Assembly: GCA_963812135.1 (NCBI GenBank) | Contig: CAWETU010000001.1 | Coordinates: 640,001 to 704,000, forward strand | Direction: 5' to 3' | Length of the DNA: 64,000 nucleotides | From: Vulcanimicrobiota bacterium | GTDB taxonomy: Bacteria; Vulcanimicrobiota; Vulcanimicrobiia; Eremiobacterales; Eremiobacteraceae | In this document: piece by piece, positions 29,265 to 39,420 of the stretch | Numbering within the stretch: position 1 is the stretch's first letter | Layout of the letters: every line of letters begins with the position of its first letter | Position numbers and translations under genes: made by a program | The notes under the pieces: model-generated | Told to the model about the DNA's origin: nothing | Databases searched by the model: none | The model's input: only the letters and a program-made list of their open reading frames with translations

Positions 29265-30493
29265 GACGTGGGCAACAGTTTCACGACGCCGCTTTGATCG
29301 GTCGACGTGTCGAGCGTCGCCATCGATTCCGCCACCTGGCCCGCACGCGTCTTGTCGAGGTAGGTCTTGGCCTTGGCGACTTGCGTCGACAGGGAGTCGA
29401 CGGTCTGCTGCATGCTGTCGAGCGCCTTGATCTTGTAGTCGGAGATCATATCGAGCGTTTGGTAGATGTTGTCGAACGCGGTTTGCAGCTGCTGGACGCT
29501 GACCGTCGCGCTCGACGCCTGCTCGTAGATCTGGCCGCTCTGCTGTTTGAGCATCTGCGACGTGGACTCGATCATGTTGCCGGTCGTCGTGTTCAGCGCG
29601 GTGATCTGGTCGAGCACGAGCTTCTGGTTGCCAAGCGCCTGCGCTACGATGACCGCCGTGCGCAGCGCCGACACGGTCGTGGTCGTCGCGCGGTCCACGC
29701 CCTTGATGAGCTCGACGTTGTTGCGCTTCACGAGGTCGAGCGCCATGTAGCCCTGCAAGTTGACCGCCATCTGGGTGAGCAGATCGGTCTCTTTTTGGCG
29801 TGTGTAGAAGAGCACTTCTTCCTTGAGCACTTTGGCGCGCTGCGGGTCGGTCGTTTCGATGCCGGCGATCTTGGCGCTCAGCGCTGCGTCGAGCTTCTTG
29901 GCGAGATAGATGTACTGCTCGATCTTCTGCATGAGCGCCCACATCGTCGCCTTCTCTTGATCGATCGCCGCATCGTCCTTTTGCAGCTCGTCTTTGCTAT
30001 GGTAGAGCGTGTTGATGATCGCATTGAGGTGCGTCTGCGCGGATTGATAGCCCTCGAAATATGCCTCGAGCTTGTTGCCGAACGGGATGATGCCCAACAG
30101 CTTGCGCGGCGAGAACAGGTCGCCTTGCTTGGAAGGATCGAGGTCCTGGACCGTGTGGCTCAAGTCGATGAGCCCCTTGGAGATCTCCGAACTCTGGGTG
30201 AACGCACCGTGGCTCATCGTGTTCACGGGCCGCTGCAGGAGTCGGTTCGAGATCTGCGCCGAGGCGGCGACTTCGGCGTTGCCCATCGAGCTGCTCGCGT
30301 CGACGCGGTTCTGGAAATCCGGGCCGTTGATGTCGAGCGTGATCACTTGCTGCACGAAATCGGCCACTTGCGCGTCGAGCTTCGTCGCAGCCTCCGGCGT
30401 CACGGGCACCATCTGCGCCGCCTGGTCGGGCGCGACGGGCGCGATGGGGGCCGGCGCGACGAGTACCGGCGTTGCGGTCGGGTCCTGGTTCAT
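29261..30493 (-). CDS. telA: Toxic anion resistance protein TelA
   Basis: LLGIIPFG, YQSAQTHL, NNVELIKGVDRA..TT.SALRTA, coiled coil. Confidence 0.88.
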   Translation of the reverse strand: MNQDPTATPVLVAPAPIAPVAPDQAAQMVPVTPEAATKLDAQVADFVQQVITLDINGPDFQNRVDASSSMGNAEVAASAQISNRLLQRPVNTMSHGAFTQSSEISKGLIDLSHTVQDLDPSKQGDLFSPRKLLGIIPFGNKLEAYFEGYQSAQTHLNAIINTLYHSKDELQKDDAAIDQEKATMWALMQKIEQYIYLAKKLDAALSAKIAGIETTDPQRAKVLKEEVLFYTRQKETDLLTQMAVNLQGYMALDLVKRNNVELIKGVDRATTTTVSALRTAVIVAQALGNQKLVLDQITALNTTTGNMIESTSQMLKQQSGQIYEQASSATVSVQQLQTAFDNIYQTLDMISDYKIKALDSMQQTVDSLSTQVAKAKTYLDKTRAGQVAESMATLDTSTDQSGVVKLLPTS

Positions 30494-30506
30494 GACATTC
30501 GTCCTC

Positions 30507-31625
30507 TCATGAGTTGAACTTTGCTTCGATGCCTTTGATCATGCTCTCTAGGATGTCGTAGCTTGGTGGATCGATCACGTCAATCAACGTGTCGGGCATG
30601 TCGATGTCGTTCTTCTTCCAAAAGGCCTGCGTGTCGCTCGCGTTTGCAGTGCGCAGCCCGTGTTCGACGGCGAGCCGCTGCAGATCCGGGTCGATAGCGA
30701 GCAGGTGGCCGAGCTTGTCACCCTGGCGTCGAACGGGATGAAGATGTGTTTGGTGAACACAGTGGGCTGCGGATACAGCAGCACCATGTCGCCGTTGCGA
30801 TTGGTCTTGTGGGCCGCCTGATATTCGATGTACTGCGCCTCGTAGATCATGACGAGCGGCGCCTTGCCCATGCCCATCGCCAGATAATCCTCGAACGGTC
30901 CGGCCGTGCTGCCCTCTTGGTAGCCTTGGCGCAGGAACAAGTTGGCTGCTTTGGGCAGCACCGCGTCGACTTCGCCGCTGATCGTCCACGATCGAGTCGT
31001 TGTTGAAGACATAGCTCGCGAGCGCCAAGTACATCGCCGCCGAGTTGGACTTGCGCACGTCGGTGGTGGAGATGAGGATCGATTTGTTGATCGCGTAGTC
31101 GGGATTGTGCGAAAGATCGCGCCAGCGCTTGTCGGCGGCGATCTCGTCGAGCAGCCGCTTCATGTCGATGATGTAATAGTACTCGTTGCGCTTGCGTACG
31201 ATGCCGTTCGCGATGAGCACGTCCGCGATCGGTTTCCACGACGCGATCGCCATCGGCGTGAAGAACGGGCTCACCGATTTCTTCGCGCCGGTGACCGCCA
31301 TGATCTTTGTCGCGCCCGGCACGCCGGCCGGAAATGCGAAATCGTAGTTCTTGATGTCGGGGCGCGTCGCCATCTCGCGCGAGCCGACGGTCTCGACTTT
31401 GAGGTCGATGCCGTTGCGGCGCAACACATCGAGCACTTGCGGGTCGGTGAGATACTCTTTCTTCTCGGAGCCGATCAGCCCGGTCACCGTGACGATCTGG
31501 CTGGCGGCGTGTTGTGCCGCGCGCTCCGCCTGCGAACGATTCATCGAGACATAGACCGCGTAGCCCACCCCGACGATCAAAAGGATGAGCAAGAGCGGTC
31601 CTAAGACTCGCTGCGCGTTGGCCAT
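30507..31625 (-). CDS. Membrane-anchored substrate-binding-like protein of TelA operon, frameshifts near 30980 and 30720
   Basis: TM; GSEK, GSRE, PFFTPMAIAS, STTDVRKSNSA; alternate frame gives PLVMIYEAQY and LYPQPT. Confidence 0.75.
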   Translation of the reverse strand: MANAQRVLGPLLLILLIVGVGYAVYVSMNRSQAERAAQHAASQIVTVTGLIGSEKKEYLTDPQVLDVLRRNGIDLKVETVGSREMATRPDIKNYDFAFPAGVPGATKIMAVTGAKKSVSPFFTPMAIASWKPIADVLIANGIVRKRNEYYYIIDMKRLLDEIAADKRWRDLSHNPDYAINKSILISTTDVRKSNSAAMYLALASYVFNNDSIVDDQRRSRRGAAQSSQLVPAPRLPRGQHGRTVRGLSGDGHGQGAARHDLRGAVHRISGGPQDQSQRRHGAAVSAAHCVHQTHLHPVRRQGDKLGHLLAIDPDLQRLAVEHGLRTANASDTQAFWKKNDIDMPDTLIDVIDPPSYDILESMIKGIEAKFNS

Positions 31626-31850
31626 GAAGATGGAATTCCTTTACTACGTGCCTGCGGCACTACCGGAGCGCTGAGAGCGTCCGCGCACCTCTACCCGCTC
31701 TTCAAAGCGAGTGTTGCAGCCGCGTGGTTCGCGTCTTGACGGGCCGGGACATTTGAGGCCGGGACGGCGTCAATCGTACCGCTGGTTGAACGCTCCGAGC
31801 ACCAGCGGCCACGGCCATCCACTTACTCTGCGCTGCAAAGTCAAGGCGGA

Positions 31851-32658
31851 TCAGCGGCGGCAGCACACCTCGAGCTTATTGCCGTCAGGGTCTTCGAAGA
31901 ACACCGCGTAGTACGGTTGACTGTAGTCCGGGCACTCCATCGGACCCTCGATGTTGCGCGCGCCGATCGACGCCAGCAACGCGCCGATGCGATCGACGTC
32001 GGCCGCGCGTCTGCGCCGCGAACGCGACGCGCGTGCGGCTGGGTGAGTGACCCGCGTGCTGATGGATGCCGAAGAACGGATCAGCCTCGTCCGCGTGATA
32101 GTATTCGATCATGGCCCGATCCGCGACGCGTTTCGTGTAGCCGAGCGCCGGCATGAACGCGTCATAGAAGCCGCTCACCGACGCAAGCGATCGCACTCGA
32201 TGGTCGATATGGTCAAACGGATAGTGCGTCGCGTTTGGGCCCGTGCCGGCGCTGAGGCCGATCTCGTGAGCCGCGTCGAGGCCGTTGCGCGTCACCTCGA
32301 GCTTGTTGCCCTCAGGATCTTCGAAGAACACCGCGTAGTACGGATGACCATTGTCCTGGCACTCCATCGGGCCTTCGATGTCGCGCGCGCCGATCGACGC
32401 CAGCAACGCACCGATGCGATCGACATCGGCCCGCGTCTGCGCCGCGAACGCGACGCGGGTGAGGCTGGGCGAATGACCGGCGTGCTGGTGGATGCCGAAA
32501 AACATATCCGCCTCATCCGGGTGATAGTATTCGATCACGGTCCGGCCCACGACGCGCTTCGTGTAGCCAAGCGCCGGCATGAGCGCGTCGTAGAACCCGC
32601 TCACCGACGCGAGCGATCGTACGCGATGATCGATATGATCCAGCGGATAGCGCGTCAC
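31851..32658 (-). CDS. Two-domain VOC/glyoxalase protein, frameshift near 32005
   Basis: Two copies of DHIDHRVRSL..FYD...YYAVFFEDP.GNKLEV; the second ends CCRR* at 31851. Confidence 0.85.
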
Positions 32659-33869
32659 GAACCCGTTCGTTCAGCAGCAGCGCGCGATGCCGGCGGCGGC
32701 GCACGTCGCGGGAGCAGGTCGGTCACGGCGCCCCATCCCTTCTTGAGCAGCGGACGTTCGAACAAATACGTGATGAGCGAGGCGACCGCGATCGAGATGA
32801 TCACCGTGACCACCAAGTAGGTCCACTGCCACACGGGATCGTGTTCGAAGTTCGCGGTGCGCGGCAGCGGGAACGAGTGGCGCGCGAGGTAGGTGGCGAT
32901 GAGCTGATGCCAGAGATACAGATTGTAGGAGATGACCGACAAGAACACGAGCACCGGATTGGCGAGCACCGCGCGCCACCACGCGGACGCAAGACACGAC
33001 GCCACGGCCAGCAGCACGAATGACAAACCGAGCAGGCTCAAGTGGCCGGTCTGCCATGCATACTGCCAGTCAGGCCGGACGCGCGTGACGAACAGGTCGT
33101 ACAGGAGCCAGCCGTACAGGCCAAAGCCGACGATCGCAAGCGCGGTCCACGCGACGTGCCAGCGCTCGAGTTGGGGGATGCGGTTGCGCAACCACACGAG
33201 CAGCCACGCCGCGAACATGCCGCAGGCGAACAGATCGAGGAACGCGGGCAGCTGCGTCAGCTTCACGTAATCGCCGATGCAACACGGCGCGAGCCAGAGC
33301 CGGTATCCGTTGGCGATCGCCAACATGCCGGCGAACGTCGCGAGCGGCCAACGGCGGAAACACCAGCACAGCAGTGGGAAGATGACGTAGAACTGCACTT
33401 CGACCGCAAGCGTCCAGAGCACGCCGTTGATCGAGCCGAACGTGTCGCGGAACCAGTTGTGGATGAACAGCAGGTGCGTGGCGTATTCCTTGAACAGCAA
33501 GACCCCGCTGAACGCGGCGAGGATCCACGGCGTGAGCACGAGCAGCTGCAGGTAATACGATGGCACGATCTTGATGAAACGGCGGTACGCGAATTGCTTG
33601 ACGGTCGGTAACGGCCGGCCCTCGAACACATGGCGCGCATACGGATAGAACAGCACGAAGCCGCTGATGAAGAAGAACAGGTCGACGCCCGTGAAGCCGG
33701 TCTCCGGGATGACACCGAGATTGATATCGTGACCGAAGAGATCGAAACGCGACGGCAGCCAGTTCCATTCCCAGACGTGATACCACAGCACCACGAAGAT
33801 GGCGATGCCGCGCAGCCCGTCGAGGACGCCTAAGTGCGCCGGCGAGGGCGCGCGCGGCGTCTCAACCAT
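32655..33869 (-). CDS. Acyltransferase 3 (OafA-like O-acyltransferase)
   Basis: LDGLRGIA, GVDLFFFISGF, RRFIKIVP, WTLAVEVQFY, ISYNLYLWH, ERP. Confidence 0.92.
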   Translation of the reverse strand: MVETPRAPSPAHLGVLDGLRGIAIFVVLWYHVWEWNWLPSRFDLFGHDINLGVIPETGFTGVDLFFFISGFVLFYPYARHVFEGRPLPTVKQFAYRRFIKIVPSYYLQLLVLTPWILAAFSGVLLFKEYATHLLFIHNWFRDTFGSINGVLWTLAVEVQFYVIFPLLCWCFRRWPLATFAGMLAIANGYRLWLAPCCIGDYVKLTQLPAFLDLFACGMFAAWLLVWLRNRIPQLERWHVAWTALAIVGFGLYGWLLYDLFVTRVRPDWQYAWQTGHLSLLGLSFVLLAVASCLASAWWRAVLANPVLVFLSVISYNLYLWHQLIATYLARHSFPLPRTANFEHDPVWQWTYLVVTVIISIAVASLITYLFERPLLKKGWGAVTDLLPRRAPPPASRAAAERTGS

Positions 33870-35076
33870 CGCTGGCCGTCGCGGCGGGCGCCGGTTCGCG
33901 CGCGATCTCGGGGCGCCGCTGGAAGAGATCCGTGATGGCGCGTAGGCCTTTCTTGAGGATCGGCCGTTCGATAACGTACGTGATGAAGATCGAGATCGCG
34001 AGCGAGATCAGCAGCGACCACGCGATGTAGACCCACTTCCAGTGTTCATCCGCGTGCGGGTCGGCCATGCTCGACGCGGGGATATGATGGCGCAACATGT
34101 AGACCATGACGACGTTATGCCACAAGTAGAGATTATACGAGATGACGCCGAGGAACACGAAGGCGCGGTTGGCGATCGCGCGATGCAGCCACGCGTACGA
34201 GAACAGCGCCGCGATCGTGAACACCAGCAGCGCCAGGCCGAAGAACGGGCGGTTCGACGCTTGCCACGCGTTGTAGCCGTTGTGCACGTAGAGGCGCGTG
34301 AGCAAATTGTTCAGCAGCGCGAAGATCGCGACGCCTGAGCCCAGCGCCACCGCGGTCCCCAGCCACTGATAGCGCTCGACCGGCAGCCGGGCGCGCGCCC
34401 AGACGAAGAGATACGCGGCGAGCATGCCGTTCGCGAACAGATCGAGATACGCGGGTAGCTGGCCCATCAAGACGTAGTCGCCGATGTCGATGTGCGAGGC
34501 CCACAGACGATATCCGACGGCGACCGCGACCATCGCAAGGTATGTGATAACCGGCCAACGCCGGAACGCCCAACAGACCGCAGGGAAGATGACGTAGAAT
34601 TGGACCTCCACGCCAAGGCTCCACAGCACGCCGTTGATACCCACCCATGTGGGGACGGAGAAGATGTGGATGAACAGCAGATGCGAGACGATCTGCCACA
34701 CGCCTTGCCAGAACGTGGGGAACTCGCCGAGCAGCACCGCCGCGACGATCAACGCGATGACATACGACGGCACGATCTTGACGAACCGCCGGTACGCGAA
34801 TTGCTTGACGGTCTGCAGCGGGCGGCCTTCGAACAGATGGCGCGCGTACGGATAGAACAACACGAAGCCGCTGATGAAGAAGAACAGCTCGACGCCCATC
34901 AAACCGGTGCCGGGAATGACGAGCGTGTCGAAGCGATGGCCGAACACCGTGAAAAACGGGCTCAGCCACGAGAAAAGCCATAAGTGCCACCACACGACCA
35001 TGAGGATGGCGATGCCGCGCAGGCCGTCGAGCACGTCGAGGCGGGCATCGGATGGTGGGCGGGCCGATGATGCCAT
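33862..35076 (-). CDS. Acyltransferase 3 (OafA-like), tandem paralog
   Basis: Same motifs (LDGLRG, WSLGVEVQFY, ISYNLYLWH); start could be 35106. Confidence 0.92.
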   Translation of the reverse strand: MASSARPPSDARLDVLDGLRGIAILMVVWWHLWLFSWLSPFFTVFGHRFDTLVIPGTGLMGVELFFFISGFVLFYPYARHLFEGRPLQTVKQFAYRRFVKIVPSYVIALIVAAVLLGEFPTFWQGVWQIVSHLLFIHIFSVPTWVGINGVLWSLGVEVQFYVIFPAVCWAFRRWPVITYLAMVAVAVGYRLWASHIDIGDYVLMGQLPAYLDLFANGMLAAYLFVWARARLPVERYQWLGTAVALGSGVAIFALLNNLLTRLYVHNGYNAWQASNRPFFGLALLVFTIAALFSYAWLHRAIANRAFVFLGVISYNLYLWHNVVMVYMLRHHIPASSMADPHADEHWKWVYIAWSLLISLAISIFITYVIERPILKKGLRAITDLFQRRPEIAREPAPAATASDG

Positions 35077-35167
35077 GCTGTTGTCATCGGCGGAATTCGT
35101 CGGCAACGTTTGCGCCGCCTAGGGATGGCCGTGGCGCGCCCGAACTTCGCGGCATGGGGATGCGCGC

Positions 35168-36004
35168 ATGACCGCCGGGCGCCTCGTCTTGTGCCCGACG
35201 CCGCTCGGCAATCTTGAGGACATCACCGCGCGCGCCTTGCGCGCATTGCGCGAGTGCGATCTGATCGTCGCCGAAGACACGCGCGTCACCGGCGGCCTGC
35301 TGCATCATTTCGGGATCGAAAAACCGATGCGTTCGCTGCACGAGCGCGTCGAAGCGCGGCGCCTGCGCGAGATCGGCGAGGCGTTGCGCGACGGCAAGAC
35401 CGTCGTCATGACGACCGACGCCGGCATGCCCGGCATCTCCGATCCGGGAGCGAAGCTGGTCCAGTTGGCGCGCGCGCAAGGCGCGGCGGTCGACGCGCTG
35501 CCCGGTCCAACTGCGTTTGTCGGCGCGCTGGTGCTCAGCGGATTCGACATCAGCCGTTTCCGCTTCGATGGATTTCCGCCGCGCAAGGCGCCGGAGAGGC
35601 GCCGCTACTTGCGTTCGCTGCGCGAGGTCGACCACGCGATCGTCTGGTATGAAGCGCCCACGCGCGTGATCGGTCTGCTCGACGACATCGAACGCGAGCT
35701 CCCCGACCGGCGCGTCTTCGTCTTGCGCGAATACACGAAGATGTTCGAACAGCACGCGCTCGGGCTCGCCGCCGACGTGCGCCGTCAGATCGAGCAGCCG
35801 GCGCGCGGCGAGTTCAGCGTCGTGCTCGAAGGAGCGCGGGCGCGCGATGTCGCGCGTGAGGTTCCGCCAGAGGCGCGCGAGGCCGTACAGCGTCTGGTGG
35901 CGCGGGGAACGGGTGCGCGCGACGCGGCCGAAGCGGTTTCGCTTGCGACCGGCGTTCCGAAGAACGCGCTCTATCGCGTCGCGCTCGAGCGGCGCAAGCG
36001 CTGA
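35168..36004 (+). CDS. rsmI: 16S rRNA (cytidine1402-2'-O)-methyltransferase
   Basis: TPLGNLEDIT.RA, AEDTR, DAGMPGISDPG, YEAP.R, RE.TK.FE. Confidence 0.95.
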   Translation: MTAGRLVLCPTPLGNLEDITARALRALRECDLIVAEDTRVTGGLLHHFGIEKPMRSLHERVEARRLREIGEALRDGKTVVMTTDAGMPGISDPGAKLVQLARAQGAAVDALPGPTAFVGALVLSGFDISRFRFDGFPPRKAPERRRYLRSLREVDHAIVWYEAPTRVIGLLDDIERELPDRRVFVLREYTKMFEQHALGLAADVRRQIEQPARGEFSVVLEGARARDVAREVPPEAREAVQRLVARGTGARDAAEAVSLATGVPKNALYRVALERRKR

Positions 36005-36006
36005 CG

Positions 36007-36771
36007 ATGCACGTCGAGACCTGGATGCTCGTCGCGCTCGGCGCGACGGCGTTCGTCGCGGGCGCGGTCGACTCGATCGTCGGCGGCGGCGGCTTGATCA
36101 ACTTGCCAGTGCTGCTTTTGTTCGGCCTGCCCGTGCAGACCGCGCTCGGCACGAACAAGCTCGCCGGTATCGCTGGCACGGCCACCGCGACCGCGACGTT
36201 CGCCGCCGCGCGCGCCATCCGCTGGCCCATCGTCTTCGCCGGCGCGGTCGCCGCCTTTGTCGGCGCGCTGCTTGGCGCGCATACGGTGTTGCGGATCGAT
36301 CCCGGCGTGCTGCGCGTGATCGTCTCGGTGCTTTTGATCGTCGTGTCGGCGGTCGTCGCATTGCGGCCGCAACTCGGGCAAGTCGTCGCTGCGCGCGGCG
36401 CCGAGCGCTCGATCTGGCGGTCCGGCGCGATCGGGCTTGCGACCGGCTACTACGACGGCTTCTTCGGTCCGGGCGCCGGCGTGTTCATGATCTTCCTTTT
36501 CGTGATGTGGCTCGGACTGGATTTCCTCGCAGCATCGGGCGTCGCCAAGGCGACCAATTTCGCATCCAATCTCGGCGCCATCATCATCTTCGCGCTGGCG
36601 GGCACGATCGACTATCGGATCGGCGCGGTGATGGCCATCTGCGCGGTCGCCGGCAGCTTCACAGGGTCGCGTCTGGCGATCGTGCGCGGCAGCTCGTTCG
36701 TCCGCTACGTCTTTTTGGCGATGGCGTGGGCGCTCGCCGCGCGCTTGCTCTGGCAGGCGCTGCACCGCTAG
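36007..36771 (+). CDS. TauE/SafE (TSUP) family permease
   Basis: DSIVGGGGLI, ALGTNK, GYYDGFFGPGAG. Confidence 0.9.
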   Translation: MHVETWMLVALGATAFVAGAVDSIVGGGGLINLPVLLLFGLPVQTALGTNKLAGIAGTATATATFAAARAIRWPIVFAGAVAAFVGALLGAHTVLRIDPGVLRVIVSVLLIVVSAVVALRPQLGQVVAARGAERSIWRSGAIGLATGYYDGFFGPGAGVFMIFLFVMWLGLDFLAASGVAKATNFASNLGAIIIFALAGTIDYRIGAVMAICAVAGSFTGSRLAIVRGSSFVRYVFLAMAWALAARLLWQALHR

Positions 36772-36794
36772 CCGGGCAACAATGAGCGGTATAT

Positions 36795-38333
36795 ATGGCT
36801 AAGGACACTTTCTATCTCACCACGCCGCTGTACTACACGAACAACAACCCTCACATCGGCCACGGCTACACGACGATCGCCGCCGACGTCCTCGCGCGCC
36901 TCCATCGCGCAACCGGCAACGGCCGCGTCTGGTTCCTCACCGGCACCGACGAGCACGCGCAGAAGATCGCCGACGCCGCCACCGCCAAGGGCAAGACGCC
37001 CAAGCAGTTCGTCGACGAGATCGTCGAGCGCTGGAAGGCGGAGTGGCGCGCGCTGAACATCAGCTACGATCAGTTCATCCGCACGACCGATCCAGAACAC
37101 GAAGCGGCGGTGCAGCGCATCTTCACGACCCTGCAGGAACGCGGCGACATCGTGCCCGGGAAATACGAAGGGTGGTATTGCCGGACGGACGAGACGTTCT
37201 GGGTGGAGAGCAAGCTGATCGACGGCCGTTGCCCGAACCCGGAGTGCGGGCGGCCGGTCGAATGGGTTTCCGAAGACGCGTGGTTCTTCAAACTGTCGGC
37301 GTATCGCGACCGCCTGATCAAACATTTCGAGACGCATCCCGAGTGGGTCCGCCCGCAAAGCTCGTACAACGAGATGATGGCGATCTTGCAAGGCGGTCTT
37401 GAGGACTTGTGCGTCTCGCGCCAAAGCGTCGAGTGGGCGATCCCGGTTCCCGGCAAACCGGGCATCACCATCTACGTCTGGTTCGACGCGATCTGCAACT
37501 ATATCACCGCGGCCGGCTATCCGCATGACATGGCGCGCTTCGAGGGGCTCTGGCCTGCGGACGTCCAGCTGATCGGCAAGGAGATCGCGCGCTTCCACAC
37601 CATCATCTGGCCGGCGATTCTCATGGCGCTCGGACTGCCGCTGCCGCGCAAGGTGTTCGCGAACGGCTGGATCACGATGGAAGGGCTCAAGATCAGCAAA
37701 AGCCTCGGCAACATCGTCACCGCCGACGAGCTGATCGCGCGCTACGGCGTGGACGGCACGCGTTATCTGCTGCTCGCGCAGGCGGCGTTCGGCACCGATT
37801 TCAGTCTGAGCGACGAGGGCATGCAGCGCCGCTACAACGCCGATCTTGCCAACGACCTTGGCAATCTCGTGCAGCGTTCGCTGTCGATGCTCGGCCGCTA
37901 TCGCAATGGAATCGTGCCGGCCGTCTACGCTGGTTCGCCGCTGGCGGCCGGCTTCGAGTCGGCGCGCAACGCGGTGCGCACCTCCTTGGACGAGCTGGAC
38001 TACCGTGCGGCGCTCGCCGCGATCTGGGAACGCGTCGGCGCGCTCAATCTGCACGTCGAGCAGACCAAGCCGTGGGAGCTCTCAAAACGCGGCGACGATA
38101 AGAAACTCGACGAGACGCTGTACGAGTTGAGCGAAGGACTCCGCTGGATCGCAGCCTTCGTCGCGCCCTTCATGCCCACGACGGGTGAAGCCGTGTGGCG
38201 CGCGCTCGGACAAGAAGGCGTGCCAGGCCGCTTTTGGGAGCAGGAGCTCGCGTGGGGCAAGCTCGCGGCGGGCACCAAGACGAACTTGCCGCCGGCGCTG
38301 TTCCCACGCATCGAGGCTCCCGGCGCCGCGTGA
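36795..38333 (+). CDS. metG: Methionine--tRNA ligase
   Basis: PHIGHGY, GTDEH, YVWFDA, KISKSLGN. Confidence 0.97.
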   Translation: MAKDTFYLTTPLYYTNNNPHIGHGYTTIAADVLARLHRATGNGRVWFLTGTDEHAQKIADAATAKGKTPKQFVDEIVERWKAEWRALNISYDQFIRTTDPEHEAAVQRIFTTLQERGDIVPGKYEGWYCRTDETFWVESKLIDGRCPNPECGRPVEWVSEDAWFFKLSAYRDRLIKHFETHPEWVRPQSSYNEMMAILQGGLEDLCVSRQSVEWAIPVPGKPGITIYVWFDAICNYITAAGYPHDMARFEGLWPADVQLIGKEIARFHTIIWPAILMALGLPLPRKVFANGWITMEGLKISKSLGNIVTADELIARYGVDGTRYLLLAQAAFGTDFSLSDEGMQRRYNADLANDLGNLVQRSLSMLGRYRNGIVPAVYAGSPLAAGFESARNAVRTSLDELDYRAALAAIWERVGALNLHVEQTKPWELSKRGDDKKLDETLYELSEGLRWIAAFVAPFMPTTGEAVWRALGQEGVPGRFWEQELAWGKLAAGTKTNLPPALFPRIEAPGAA

Positions 38334-39127
38334 ATCTCGTCGACACCCACGCGCACCTGGACGGCGCGGACTTCGACGGCGATCTTGAGAGCGTACTGGA
38401 ACGCGCGCGGGCGGCAGGCGTGCGCGCGATCGTGTCGGCGGGTCAAGACGAGAAGACCACTGCGCACGAGTTGCTGCTTGTAGCCAAATATCCACGACCA
38501 TCTGAATCGTATCCCGCCGTGGCCCCGGCTGCGGGCGTGCACCCGCACGAGGCGAAATCGGCCGGCGACCTGCGCTGGCTCGGACCATACTTGGACGATC
38601 CGCGCGTGATCGCCGCCGGGGAGATGGGCCTCGACTACCATTACGACTTCTCGCCGCGCGACGTGCAGCGCGACGTGCTCGCGCGCCAACTCGATATGGC
38701 CGGCGCGCGCGACCTCCCGGTCATATTGCACTGCCGCGAAGCGGAGGATGATCTCGCCGCCGTCTTACGCGATCACTTCACGCCCGGCCGGCTCGGCGTG
38801 CTGCATTGCTTCACCGGTACGTATGATTGGGGCATGCGGCTGATCGAGGAATTCGGTCTTTTCCTCGGACTCGGCGGCGCGATCACGTTCAAAAACGCGA
38901 AGGATCTGCATGACGCGGCCTCGCGTTTGCCGCTCGACCACCTCGTGCTTGAGACCGACAGCCCCTACATGACGCCCGCGCCGCATCGCGGCAAGCGCAA
39001 TGAACCGGCGTTCATCGCGCTCACCTGCGTGCGACTTGCCGAGCTGCGCGCCGCCGCGCCGCCCGACATCGCGGCAGCGACCACCGCCAACGCGCAGCGA
39101 CTATTTCCGAAGCTGCGGATCGCGTAG
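38330..39127 (+). CDS. tatD: TatD family hydrolase
   Basis: DTHAHLD, GVHPH, GEMGLDY, HCR, HCF, ETDSPY. Confidence 0.93.
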   Translation: MNLVDTHAHLDGADFDGDLESVLERARAAGVRAIVSAGQDEKTTAHELLLVAKYPRPSESYPAVAPAAGVHPHEAKSAGDLRWLGPYLDDPRVIAAGEMGLDYHYDFSPRDVQRDVLARQLDMAGARDLPVILHCREAEDDLAAVLRDHFTPGRLGVLHCFTGTYDWGMRLIEEFGLFLGLGGAITFKNAKDLHDAASRLPLDHLVLETDSPYMTPAPHRGKRNEPAFIALTCVRLAELRAAAPPDIAAATTANAQRLFPKLRIA

Positions 39128-39137
39128 CGCCGAAGCG

Positions 39138-39287
39138 CTACCGAGCCTGTGCCGTATGCTGCGCCGGATGAGAATTGGTCCCCGCGTGGGGCTGGTAGGG
39201 GTTCGTCACGAGCATCGGAACGACGAGCACCGCGACGAGGATCAACGCGCACGCGGCGTCGATGATGAGTTGTGTTGAGAATTTCAT
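39138..39287 (-). CDS. 49-aa single-TM small protein
   Basis: MKFSTQLIIDAACALILVAVLVVPMLV...; GGAGG RBS. Confidence 0.55.
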   Translation of the reverse strand: MKFSTQLIIDAACALILVAVLVVPMLVTNPYQPHAGTNSHPAQHTAQAR

Positions 39288-39420
39288 GGTCCAAACCTCC
39301 GAGAGAGCAAGTGTTGACGCTTGCATCGTACCTCGTGGGCTGCAGGCCGGGCTTCGTGGGAAACACGGAAGAAGCGTACGTGCGAGTACGGATATTAGCG
39401 TGGGGAGGCGAGGACGAGCC

